A stretch of DNA of 64,000 bases. Source: Ginglymostoma cirratum (taxonomy: Eukaryota). The number at the start of each line of letters is the position of its first letter. Position 1 is the first letter of the stretch. Position numbers and translations under genes: made by a program. Below, one piece after another: positions 12,748 to 24,859 of this stretch. Below the pieces are notes generated by a model. The model saw only the letters and a list, made by a program, of their open reading frames with translations. It was not told the origin of the DNA and did not search any database. The stretch is taken from positions 40,490,257 through 40,554,256 of the forward strand of contig JAHRHZ010000009.1 of NCBI GenBank assembly GCA_024137785.1. Reading direction: 5' to 3'.

Positions 12748-14899
12748 TCTCATCCAACCTAGTCTATTGCATCCGGTGCTCCTGATGTGGTCTTCTCTAC
12801 ATCGGTGAGAACAAACCTAGAGTAGGTGACTGTTTCACCAAGCATCTTCGCCTGGCCTGTAACAGCCAGCCTAACCTCCTGGTCACCACCTATTTCAATT
12901 CCCCGCCCCACTCCCCCTCTGAAATGTCCATCCTCGGCCTCCTCCAGTGTCACAGCGACTCTCAACATAAATTTGAAGAATAACACCTTATCTTCCGCCT
13001 GGGCACCCTACAGCCTGGAGGGCTCAACTTTGAGTTCTCCAATTTCAAAGAACTTTCCCACTTATCCCCCGGCTCCCCTTCCAGCTCCACTTCCTCCCTT
13101 CCATTCCACCTTCTGACCCTCTCTTCTAGTCACCATCCGGATTCATCCCTCCCACCAACCAACCAGGCCATACCTACTACCAATGTCCACCTATCACCTC
13201 CATTTTGCCTCCACCACTTCACCTCCTCTCTTCACTGTTGCTCTCCCTAGCCCCACATCCAGTCCTGGTGTAGAGTCATATGCGAAACCTTGACTGTCCC
13301 TTTCTTCCAGATGCTTGCTGTGTTCTTCTAGCCTCCTGTTTGTCTACACCAAACCATTCTGTCTTTCTCTTGTCTTTATACTCCCACCTGTTCAGGTCAG
13401 TGATACTATGGTTACTAATGTAACAAGCTAAATCTCATTCAACGCTTCCCCTGCCTAGATTTATACCTTTGTCTTTCTCTGGTTTCTGTCCTATTTCCCA
13501 TGACGCTTTCTCTGGGTTCATCTTGTCCATGAAACTCACTTTTTGCTCTTTTCAATCCCTTCCTACGGATGCATTGGCCAACTGGCCGTTTCCCAGTTCC
13601 CATGCTCATTCACACTCTAAGAGGTTCTTTCTTTTCAGGTACTATCCTCTGCGTCTCTACAACTATTGTCCTTTGTGTGTCAAAGTCCCTAAACATTTAT
13701 CACTATCATATTACATTTGGGTCCAACATTTTCTGCAACTTGCCCATTTAATGTTCTTCCATTGACATTGCAACAAAACTGTGTTACCCAACATTTAAAA
13801 TGAATTCCGCTGTAACTGTGACCACTTGGTATGTGAGCCTTTCCCATTCTTCTTGAATTCTCTGTAATTTTCAACATGCTGAACAACACTGTTCTCCAAT
13901 ACCTTACTGAATAATTTAGTTACATCAATCGACCCTCATGTTCTAAGTTAATCTGCTTCCAATAAAAGCTTCTTTTTCTGCACCAGCATGGTTAGATTTG
14001 AAGTATCCCAATAACCAACTATGGGTTTGAGCCTATTTCTTATCTTTAACTTGCACTGCAACCTCTTCAGCCTTACTAACCATCCTGCTGGAATTTCCTG
14101 GAGATGTGTTATCAAGTCCAAGCTGTCCGACAGCCACTTAAGCTTAAAAATGATGTAAAAACTCAGCCTTTCTCCAAAACTTGTCTAACACACTTCCCAT
14201 CTTTGTCTCATCTTTGCTAATTGTGTGTTTGTTGGATAAACCCTAAACATTGGAACTGCCACCTAAACCATTCTGCCTTTTCACTTCTTATTCATCCTTT
14301 AGGACCCATTGCAAAGTTATTTTTCATAGTCATTTAGACTCTACTGCTAACTGAGACCTTTAACATTGGCTCCATGTCAATTTTTATTAGATTATGCTTT
14401 AGTGAGGAATGACAGGATGCTTATCTACATTAAATGTATTTCATAAATGCAATTCACTCTTGTTAATAAGTCAAGACATCTGAGTGGTTGAATATCAGTG
14501 GGATCCTTGACACATACGTAAAAATCGTTCATTATTGGAATCAATAGTAAATAAATCAGCAAAACAACATAAAACTGCACTGATTGTAAAGCATCTGTTA
14601 AGATGTAAAAGACTTGTTAAATTACGATCAAGTGAAAATTAAGTAGAATTATAATAAGTGGGCATGGAAAATAAATATAAATCTCAAAAATTCAGAGAGA
14701 TTAGTTGTATTGAAATTTGAATGTTTTATGAAAAATGCATATATGCAGTGATTTACATGACTACTAACTATTTTAAAGCACTTACAGGCATTGGAGCACT
14801 TTAAGATTATAATCACTTTGCCATGTAAGTAACACAGTAGTCAATTTTGAACACAGCTAAAACCTACAAACATGGCTGGAAAATCTCTTTCTGTCATGC

Positions 14900-15750
14900 T
14901 GATTCATACATCTGCTCAGATGAGGGCAAATGCAACAGACACCTAAAGGTTTTGAAGGACACTCTTATAAGAACAGGATATGATGCTCAACTCATCAATC
15001 ACCAGTTCTGACATGCCACAGCAAAAAAATGGCAACAACATCCCCAGAAGACAGACACAGGATTTGACCAATAGAGTAGCTTTCATCATCTAGTACTTCC
15101 CTGGAATGGAGAAACTACACCACGTTCTTCGTAGCCTTCAACATGTCGTCAATGATGGTGAGCATCTCACCAAGATCTTCCCTTTTTCTCTACTGCTGTC
15201 CTTGAAACAAATTGCCAAACTTCAGACAGACCATTGGTCACAGCAAACCACCCAGCCTTCAGTACAACACTGACCACAACACCACACAAGTGATGGCAAT
15301 TTCTGCAAGACATGCCAGATCGTCATGTATCGTACCATCACACATGGGAACACCACGCACCACGTACAGGGCAGATACTCATGTGACTCAACCAATGTTG
15401 TCTCTCTCATACACTGCTGGCAAAGATGCCCTGAGGCATGGTATATTGGCAAGACCATGCAGATGCTACAACAACGAATAAATGGACATGATGCAACAAT
15501 CGCTCAACAGGAATGTTCCCTCCCAGTGGAGGAACACTTCAGCGGCCAAAGGCATTCAGTCTCTGATCTTCAGGTAAGCGTTCTCCAAATCAGACTTTGA
15601 GATACACAACAATGCAGAATTGCCGAGCAAGGACTGATAGCCAAGGTCATTACCCATGAAGATGGCCTCAACCATGATCTTGGGCTTTTGTCATGCTATA
15701 AGTTACCCCACCACACTGTTCTGTATCTGTAAAATCTTCCTTACTGTCCT
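14900..15750 (+). mobile_element. Third PLE family, 3' fragment with GIY-YIG domain
   Basis: ICSDEGKCNRHL...TGY, C...CKTC linker, NVVSLIHCWQRCPEAWYIGKT..LQQRINGH, VEEHF, GLN; several stops. Confidence 0.85.
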
Positions 15751-15768
15751 GTTTTGAGGATTGAAGAA

Positions 15769-17172
15769 TGTGATGGGTACTGTGCCTTTCAGAGGGATTG
15801 GTTATATGCTGTTTCTTTCGCGCAGTAGAGTTATCACCCTGGAGAAGGAATGTCTGCTCCTGAAACAGTGGACAAAGAGCTTTGAGCTCCGAGTGTTCCT
15901 TTTAAGACAAAGGAAGCATGAGGCGGTGAAGTCAGGCTCACACAGATCTAGGGTTTATTTTTGCTTTCAGTTTGAGTTGGGGTTTGAAGCTGATAGATAC
16001 AACTGTCTGTCTCTGCTGAAGTAAAATGCTTGAGTTCTCTCTCTGCTGCAATATTTTTTTCTTTCGGTGTTCCTTCCGCTTGTACTGGAGGAGAAGGTAC
16101 GTGAGGGGAATCCATTTTGCTGAATTTGCCTTTGCCAAGGGTATGTTTACAGGATCCTGCTATGTTGGAACAGTTTATGATTAGGAATTAAATAACCTAT
16201 GTTGTTTTGTTAAGTATTTCAATAGAGTTAAAGTTATACCAATTTATTTACCTTTGTATTTTTACTGTGGTGTCAGAATAAAGTGTGTTTTGCTTAAAGT
16301 TTGACCAATTGAATCACATCTGGAACACAGCACCTTACACTTGCCTTTAAATAAGATGAAAGTTCGGGTCCAGGCCATCTCCTTGATAAATTTTGAGGGA
16401 GTTTGGTCTGCTCCATAGCAAACTGGGGACTCTTGTCTGCATCAAAATCTCTAATTCCAGATTGGATTTAGGATTATTGGATGCAAAAGTGAGTGGTTAG
16501 TGTTGGTGTTCTCTTTTCAGATGTTGCATCTGATTGGTTTAAATAGGGTATAACAATGGCTCTTTCAGGGGCTAAGAGTTTCCTCGGTGAGGAAGACATC
16601 ACTTGGGATGGTTTACACAAGTTCTCGGAATTGGCAGACAAGCTGAAGTTGAGGTTGCCTGTGACTGTGAGGAAAAAGGAGGTAACTGCAGCAATAGCTC
16701 AGCTTTTACAATTGCCAGGAATGCAGTCAGAATCATTGAAAAAAAGCTAAATTTTAATTGCTAATGAAGCAGTTTGAATTTGAGTCAAAAGAAAAAGAAA
16801 TAGATTTGGCAGAACAAAAAGAAAAAAAGAGACAAAAGTGAAAGAGAAAGTTACTTGCAGTGGAATAAAGAACCAAAGGAATTAAAACAGCTTGAATATG
16901 AAAAGGAAATGAAACAGTTTAAATTATGATTAAAAACAGAAGGGATAAAAAGAGAGAAGAAAGAGAAAGAGAGTTTTTGAACTTCAGAAGCTGGCAGTGA
17001 AAAGTAAAAGGTGATTTAAAATGGTAGAGGTTGAGGTAAACGGTGGGATTGGTGATTAGGACTGTGACGAAGAGAAAATGCATCATAGTCAAAGACATGG
17101 CAGGGATCCGTTTAAGTATATCCAAGCATGACCAAGGTTTGAAGAGAAGGACATAGAAGCCTTTATCAATTC
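15769..17172 (+). mobile_element. Truncated LTR retrotransposon (Gmr1-like Gypsy): 5' LTR 15769-16420, PBS, gag N-terminus
   Basis: TG...CA LTR homologous to 6789-7435; gag MALSGAKSFLGEED..., an E/K-rich coil, then FKYIQA*PRFEEKDIEAF. Confidence 0.75.
16424..16442 (+). promoter_or_regulatory. Degenerate primer-binding site, tRNA-Pro-like
   Basis: TGGGGACTCTTGTCTGCAT three bases after the LTR end, versus canonical TGGGGGCTCGTCCGGGAT. Confidence 0.5.
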
Positions 17173-17944
17173 ACTTGTGGAAGTGAATATGTACCCAAAG
17201 AAATTTCTGCTCTGTGTGGAGATGTCATGGACCTGAACTGGGCTGAGGAATTCAGAAACATGACAACAATCTCAGCAGGTTTACCTCATAATTGAGAGAC
17301 ACAGGATGGTATAAACATTCAGTTACCTCAGGAGCCATCTGAGGATGTATTGAAGCATTGTAGAGAGGGACATGTTAAGGATGTGATCACATTGCTCTCA
17401 AATTTACTTTCTCAGAAGGAATGGGACAATGTGAAGAAACACCCCTGCAAGTACCCATCCTTTCAACAGGAATCCCAGATGAACTGGTCTTCAGCAAGAG
17501 GAGAGCATTTTTATCAGCATTCCTAGGGACAACATGTTCCCAGACAGAACGAACAAAAATTTCCGCCAGGCAAGGAAAACGAAAGGACCTGGAGCAGGTG
17601 ACAGTAGCGAATATGCACCTGGTGAAAGGACACTTTGTGTTTAATTAATATATTGAGAAGGGTTTAAACTAAACCCAGGGAACTTCCATCAAACTGTGCA
17701 TTCTCTTTCACTTCTAATTTGTGGATTCCTCCCTATCTGAGACTGTTAATGTTGTGATCAGTAATCTAGACATTCCCTGACTTTAAAAATTTACACTTCA
17801 TTTATTGGTCTCAAAAAAAAGTTACACACAATCCTGATTCAGAATTGACCATTGCAGTTTTCTCATGTAAAATACTTGTTCCATTCGGGATGTTCATTTG
17901 CTTTTGAGATAAAAGAAGCCTGATTCCAGGTTAAAACTTTCCAG

Positions 17945-19885
17945 AGACTGTATGTTCATTTTAAGGTGAAGGGTAAGGCTGGTAGGTGCAGGGAATGCTG
18001 GATGACTAGAAATTGAGGTTTTGGGCAAGAAAAAGATGGAAGTATATGTTTGGTATAGACAGCAGGGATCAAGTGAATTCCTAGAACATAAAGGCAGTAG
18101 AAGTATGCTTAAGAAGGAAATCAGGAGGGCAAAAAGCACATCATGACAGACCTTCAGAGTTCCTTAAAATCAGTAAGGCCACCTATGTGTGGAACCACAG
18201 GAGATGGGGGAGATACTAAATGAATATTTTGCATCTGTGTTTACTGTGGAGGAGGATATGGAAGCTAGGGAACTCGCGGAAATAAACAGTGACATCTTGA
18301 AAAATGTCCATATAACAGTGGAGGCAGTGCTGCACATCTTAAAACGTATAAAGATGGATAAATCCCTGGACCTGATCAGGTGTACCCTAGAACTTTGTGG
18401 GAAGCTAGGGAAGCGATTGTTAGACCCCTTGCTGAGATATCTGTATCATCAATAGCCACTGCTAAGTTGCCAGAGGACTGGAGATTGGCTAATGCGGTGC
18501 TACTATTTAAGAAAGGTGGTAAGGAAAAGCCAGGGAACTATAGACTGATAAGCCTAACATCAGTGGTGGCCACGTTATTAGAGGGGATCCTGAAGGACAA
18601 GATTTACATGCATTTGGAAAGGCAAGGACTGCGAAGGGATAGTCAAGATGGCTTTGTGTGTGGGAATTTGTGTCTCACCAACTTGATTTAGATCTTTTTT
18701 GAAGAAGTAACAAAGAGGATTGATGAGCATTATGGTAGGTGTGGTCTTTATGGACTTCAGTGAGGCGCTCGACAAGGTTCCACATGGTAGACTGGTTAGC
18801 AAGGTTAGATCACATGGAATACAGGGAGAACTACCCATTTGGATAAAGAACTGGCTTGAAAGTAGGAGACAGAGGGTGGTGGTGGAAGATTGCTTTTCAG
18901 ACAGGAGGCCTGTGACCAGTGGTGTGCCACAAGGTTCGGTGCTGGTTCCAATGCTTTTCGTCATTTATATAAATGATTTGGATGTGAATATGGGAGATAT
19001 GGTTAGTAAGTTTGCAGATTACACCAAAATTGGTGGTGTAGTGGACAGCCAAGAAGATTACCTTAGAGTACAACGGGACTTTGATCAGATGGGCCGAGGA
19101 ATGGCAGATAGAGTTTAATTCAGATAAACTTGAGGTGCTGCATTTTGGAAAGGCAAATCAGAGCAGGACTTTTACATTTAATGGTAAGGTCCTGGGGAAT
19201 ATTGCTGAACAGAGAGACCTTAGAGTGCAGGTTCATAGTTTGCAGGTAGACAGCATAGTGAAGGTGGTGTTTGGCTTGCTTGCTTTTATTGGTCAGTGGA
19301 TTGAGTATAGGAGTTGCAACATCATAATACATTGGTAAGACCACTTTTGGAATTACCATGTTCAATTTTGGCCTTTCTACTACAGAAAGGGTGTTGTGAA
19401 AATTAAAAGGATTCTGGATTTAGAAGGATGTTGCCAGGGCTGGAGGGTTTGACCTGTAGGGAGATGATGAATAGGCTGGAGCTATTTTCCCTGGAGCATT
19501 AGAAGCTGAGGGATGATCTTAACTAGTTTATAAAATCATGAAGGAACATAGATAGGGTGAATAGCCCAGGCCTTTTCCCCAGGATTGCAGAGTCCAAAAC
19601 TAGAGTGCATATGTTTAAGATGAGAGAGGAATGTTTTAAAAGGTGCCTCGGGGCAATCTTTTCATGGAGAGGGCTGTGAGTATATGCAATGAACTTCTAG
19701 AGAAAGTGGTGGAGGCTGGTATAATTACAACCTTTAAAATTGATCTGGATCAGTACATGAATAGGAAGTGTTTAGAGGGATACGGGCCAAATGCTGGCAA
19801 ATGGGGCTAGATTAATTTAGGATATCTGGTCAGCATTGACGAGTTGGATTGAAGCGTCTGCTTCCATGCTGTACAGCTCTATGAC
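17945..19885 (+). mobile_element. CR1 LINE, 5'-truncated, degenerate RT
   Basis: LNEYFASVFT, PEDWR.AN...FKKG...PGNYR..SLTS, SGVPQGSVL, SKFAD.TK motifs; CTCTATGAC tail. Confidence 0.93.
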
Positions 19886-20859
19886 TGTGACAACTCTGAC
19901 CAGAATGTCATGAATGAATTTGCCCAGGTGTCCCACAATACCAAAGCAGCCAAATCAATACAAACACAAGTCTGTACCAAAACAAAACATTCCCATTTTA
20001 TTAGGAACAAAATTACAATAATTTCTAATACTAAACATGCTAGCCCTAATCCTACTTGGCCACTATTGTTACAATACTTCCCAAGTCTCTTGTAAATTTG
20101 CACAGTCAATCTCTGAGGCTCTGTGAAACTGCTTTCTCCTTCTCTGTCTCTGCCTGTTGCCGCGCTGGTGTCCTCAAAAGGCCCCAGACAATTCCAAGAG
20201 CAGTTCTAAGATAGGTTCCAAGAGAGCAGTCTGCAGGTGAGCTCTGTTTTTATAGCTTATAGATGGTTTTCTGGAACTTTCTGTAGTTCTGACCGATCTA
20301 GGAAATGCACTTAACAGTTTGAAGCATGAGTCAATCATTTAGATGGCATGCTATTGTCACATTTCTTTGTGTAGCAGGACCTGGTGCCTTTCTGTCTGGG
20401 CTGCCCTTTGTTTAGTGGATAAATTGTTGGGGGTGAGATAACAGCGTGGAGCTGCAGGGACACAGCAGGCCAGGCAGCATCAGAGGAGCAGGAAAGCTGA
20501 CATTTCAGGTCGGGACCCTTCTTCAGAAAGAATAGAATTTCTGAAGAAGGGTCCCAACCCGATACATCGACTTTCCTGCTCCTCTGATGCTGCCTTGCCT
20601 GCTGTGTTCCTGCAGCTCCACGCTGTGTTATCTGACTCCAGCATCGACAGTTCTTACTATCTTTGAGTTGTTGGGGGTGTCTGTGCAGACTAACTGTTGT
20701 CTTTTACATTATGTTAATGTCATTAACACTTGGCTGCTGTGTTCACACTGTGTCTGGTGTGTGGGTTTTCTGATTTCAGCGTTTCACTAACGTACTGAGC
20801 ATTCCTTGCTGTTTGGCCAAGTTGGCAACCTATGTTTTAGCAGCCAGGAGGCTGCTACA
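19886..20859 (-). mobile_element. Possible solo LTR (unknown family) hosting hairpin 2
   Basis: TGTGAC...CTACA termini, minus-strand AATAAA near 19995 and TATA-like box near 20250; no TSD found. Confidence 0.3.
20436..20667 (+). mobile_element. PLE terminal-repeat fold-back insertion with two head-to-head hammerhead motifs (hairpin 2)
   Basis: Inverted arms around TTCTTCAGAAA-GAATAGAA-TTTCTGAAGAA; 12-bp TSD TTGTTGGGGGTG at 20424-20435 and 20668-20679. Confidence 0.9.
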
Positions 20860-21175
20860 ATATTAAGAAGAGATCCGAATTCTACTTAGAGGGAAATACA
20901 CAGCAGGATTTCAAGTTTTAAGATCTCCACTGTAACAAAAAAGCTAAAATCAGCATTGTCCAGCCATTAGCCAAAGGGCAATTAATAAACTAAACTGCAC
21001 TATAATAATTCCTTAATAGCCTTTCAATACACTTGAAAACTTCTTGCTGCACTTGTACATTATGATACATTCTCCACAAAATTGCAATCACTGCAGGAAA
21101 CATTTGAAAGTTAGTCTCAGCTTCCAAACAGCTTGCTTCCCTCTGTTTTACTGAGTCATTCATCAAAAAACAATT

Positions 21176-22115
21176 TAGATTCAAACAGTTCTACAGCATG
21201 GAAACAGACCATTTGGTCCAATTCATCCATGCCAACCAGACACAAAGTAACCTAGTCCCATTTGCAAGCATTTGGCCCACAACCCTTTAAATGCTTCCTA
21301 CTCATGTACCCATCCAGAAGTCTTTTAAAAGTTGTAATTTTACCTGCCTCTGCCACTTTGTCTAACAGTTTGCTCAATACAGCACCACAAGCATGAAAAA
21401 GCTACCCCTCAGGTTCCTTTTAAATCTTTCCCCTCTCACCTTATACCCTCCAGTTTTGGACTCACTTACCCTGGGAAAACACTCCCTGTGGAGTTTGCAC
21501 ATTCTCCCTCTGTCTGTGTGGGTTTCCTCCAGGTGCTCCAGTTTCCTCCCACATACCAAAGATGCGCAGGTTAGTTGGATTGGCCATGCTAAGTTACCCA
21601 TAGTGTTCAGGGATGTGTAGATTAGGTGGGTTATAGGGGGATAGGTCTGGGTGGGATGTTCTGAGGGTCAGTGTGGACTTGATGGGCCAAAGGGCCTGTT
21701 TCCACACTGTCAGGATTCTTTGATCTATGAAAAAGACCTTGGCTATTCACCCTATCCATGACACATGATTTTATAAATGTCCAAAAGGTCACCTCTCAGC
21801 CTCCATCACTCCAGAGAAAATACCCCCAGCCTATTAAGCCTCTCTCTATAGCCCAAACACACAAATCTTGGCAACATCCCTGTAAATCTTTTCTGAATCA
21901 TTTGAAGTTTAACAACATCTTTCCCTTAGGAAAGAGACTAGAATTGAACACAATATTCTAAAAGTGGTCTAACATATGTGCTGTAAAGTCGCAACATGTT
22001 GCCCCAATTCCTATACTCAATGCACTGACCAAGGACTGCAAGTATGTCAGAGGCCTTCTTCACCACCCTGTCTATGAGCCACTCCACTGTCAAGGAACTT
22101 AGCATCTATACCCCT
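21176..22115 (-). mobile_element. CR1 LINE 3' portion, interrupted by a SINE
   Basis: Reverse complement parallels 19250-19885 (GGCTATTCACCCTATC, CCTCAGCCTCC, AACAGACC tail). Confidence 0.85.
21487..21730 (+). mobile_element. HE1-like V-SINE, 5'-truncated
   Basis: V-domain TGTGGAGTTTGCACATTCTCCC..GGGTTTCCTCC.GGTGCTCC.GTTTCCTCCCACA plus CR1-like tail. Confidence 0.85.
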
Positions 22116-22584
22116 CATCTGAGAATCTCTGGACTGACTTCAAGGAGGAATGCTCACTCAAAGGATACCCTCTTCAAGCCTCGCCAGTGCAACGCTTCCA
22201 GTGTTCTTAACTCTCTTCAGATTTATTCTTTTCAACCAGTGGACAAATTTCCAGCATTCTACCTGGCAGGAAACAATCCCTTCCCACCTGTTTGCAGTGG
22301 CTTTTGTTTTCTATTTTCTTTCTCTCTTTCTCTCACACTCTCCTTTTATCTCTGGGTCCCGGACTTTTAATCTAGAACACCTTGGAGTCTATAAGTCTGC
22401 AAACCGCAAAGCCAAATGCTCGGACCTATCTCCTCACATATTAAAGCTGGCACACGGATTTCAATATCAATTAGTCGAGGCATCCGATTCCCCTAAGTAA
22501 TAGCTTATTGCTATATAGAGCTAGCCACAGATCACATCCCTCTTCATAACATCATTTTAACCTTGATTTAAAAAGGCAACTCCA

Positions 22585-24165
22585 GGGATGGCATTTTTGC
22601 AGGAGGGTGGGTGGGAGGAGGTGTATTCCAGGTAGCTGTGGGAGTCAGTGGGCTTGAAATGGACATCTGTCTCTAGGTGGTTGCCCGAGATGGAGACAGA
22701 GAGGTCCAGGAAGGAGAGAGAAGTGTTGGAGATCGTCCAGGTGAACTTCAGGTTGGGGTGGAAGGTGTTGGTGAAGTGGATGAACTGTTCGAGCTCCTCG
22801 TGGGAGCACGAGGCGGCGCCGATGCAGTCATCAATGTAACGGAGGAAGAGGTAGGGTTTAGGGCCAGTGTAGGTACGGAAGAGGGATTGTTCCACGTAAC
22901 CTACAAAGAGGCAGGCATAGCTTGGGCCCATGCGGGTACCCATGGCCACCCCCTTTGTCTGTAGGAAGTGGGAGGAATTGCAAGAAAAGTCTATTCCCAA
23001 TTCCTTCGCCTCCACCGCATCTGCTCCCAGGATGAGACATTCCACTCCCGTACATCTCAAATGTCCTCATTCTTCAAGGACCGCAACTTCCCCCCCCCCC
23101 ACACAGTGGTAGAGAACACCCTCAACCATGTCTCCCGCATTTCCTGGAACACATCCCTCACGCCCCATCCCCGCAATAATGACCAAAAAAGAATCCCCCT
23201 CATCCTCACGTACCACCCCACCAACCTCCAGATCCAACGCATCATCCTCCGACACTTCAGCCATCTGCAATCAGACCCCACCAAAGACATTTTTCCCTCC
23301 CCACCCTTATCTGCCTTCCGGAGGGACCACTCCCTCCACGACTCCCTTGTCCGTTCCACACTCCCCTCCAGCCCCACCACACCCGACACTTTTCCTTGTA
23401 ACCGCAGGAAGTGCTACACCTGCCCCCACACCTCCTCCCTCACCCCAATCCCAGGCCCCAAGAAGACTTTCCACATCAGGCAGATGTTCACCTGCACATC
23501 TGCTAATGTGGTATACTGCATCCGCTGTACCCGTTGTGGCTTTCTCTACATCGGGGAAACCAAGCGGAGGCTTGGGGACCACTTTACAGAACACCTGCGC
23601 TCAGTGCGCAACAAACAACTGCACCTCCCAGTCCTCAGATGACATGTCCATCCTGGGCCTCCTGCAATGCCACAGTGATGCCACCCAAAGGCTGCAGGAA
23701 CAGCAAATCATATTCAGCCTGGGAACCCTGCAGCCCAATGGCATCAATGTGGATTTCACAAGCTTCAAAATCTCCCCTCCCCCAACCGCATCCCAAAACC
23801 AGCCCAGCTCATCTCCACCTCCCTAACCTGTTTTTCCTCTCACCTCAAGCCACACCCCCATCTCCTATCTACTTACATCATCCCACCCCCTTGACCTGTC
23901 CATCCTCCCTGGACTGACCTATCTCGTCCCTAACCTCTACCTACATTCACCTTTACTGGCTCCATCCCCACCTCTTCAACTTGTCTGCCTCCCCCTCTCT
24001 CCCTATTTATTTCAGAACCCTCTTCCCCTCCCCCATTTCTGATGAAGGATCTAGGCCCGAAACATCAAGTTTTCCTGCTCCTATGATGCTGCTTACCTGC
24101 TGTGTTCATCTAGTCCCATGCTTGTTATCTCAGATTCTCCAGCATCTGCAGTACCTTTTATCTCT
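22585..24165 (+). mobile_element. PLE (same family as 1-1081) with inverted 5' RT segment 22585-22990
   Basis: Minus strand GVAMGTRMGPSYACLF..RYIDD..SCKNAIP; plus strand YSQFLRL...GIY-YIG; hammerhead at 24035-24070 (GTC mutated to ATC); 29-bp deletion near 23633. Confidence 0.93.
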
Positions 24166-24322
24166 CAGCATCTTATCACCCTGCCATGTGTAACAGCTGG
24201 AATTTTATAGGTATGCAGAGAGGACATGTCAAGAATCAGGTGGTATACATCTATTCCTGTATTGAAGTAAGTTCCATATTTAAACTTAGATAGTTTGAGT
24301 AAGTTAAATTTACAAGATTGGT

Positions 24323-24558
24323 TAAAATAGCTCTACAGAAGCCAGTATCCCATCACCAAATCACCCTTTATTTACACATGCATTGTACTTGACACTTGTT
24401 CAATTTCTTCAGAGCAAGCCATCAGGGTCAACAGAACCTCTAACAATTCTATTTATGTCTATCAGTCAGGGGTCCCTGATTGGACCAGGTTAACAGCACC
24501 AATCAGGGAACTGGTACTTTATGAGATCCACCTGGCTGACTTTGTTGTAATCATTACT
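24323..24558 (-). mobile_element. Solo LTR of the Gypsy family at 60544
   Basis: Reverse complement aligns with 60544-60764 (TTCCCTGATTGG, TGTAAATAAAGGGTGA); 5-bp TSD TTGGT at 24318-24322 and 24559-24563. Confidence 0.85.
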
Positions 24559-24859
24559 TTGGTCTCTGGCTTATTGAGCTGTCTGAGTACATAAAAGCTC
24601 TGAAGACTTATTGAAGGTAAAGTGCTGAAGTGTTAAGGATTTCTAAGGTTAATAGCAAACATCAGTAATTTTCTGCAATAGATGCTCCAAGGCTTCCCCA
24701 ATGATTTATTTCTCTCTGTAAAAATATCAATATTCTTCAATTATTCCAGTCTAACATAAGCCGAGGCACTGCTGGATTGTGACATAAGTGTAAACAAGGA
24801 AAGGATTTTTTTGAAATCTCTTCTCAGGGCACAGTAAGATACGTATGTCAGTAGCTATT

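Larger units (their letters stand above)
11095..13348 (+). mobile_element. Older degenerate PLE (RT + GIY-YIG), interrupted by a hairpin insertion
   Basis: TSIPNKDGLRAL, MGIHMGPS..CLFLG, YIDDC RT motifs, then VYCIRCS*CGLLYIGE; frameshifted. Degenerate hammerhead at 13260-13296 with CAGTC/GACTG stem I. Confidence 0.88.

Noticed and set aside
12097-12808. Long ORFs spanning N runs (also 29062-29517 and 47039-47728)
   Set aside because: Artefacts of translating gaps; the flanks are non-coding PLE repeat.
20436-20667. Hairpins as DNA-transposon MITEs or miRNA genes
   Set aside because: Arms are unequal, TSDs are long and variable, and the sequence is identical in kind to PLE termini, which points to retrotransposition. 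There are no expression data for miRNA.
22548-24183. TSD for the inverted PLE copy
   Set aside because: Best candidate matches only about 11/17 and is not adjacent to the left boundary.
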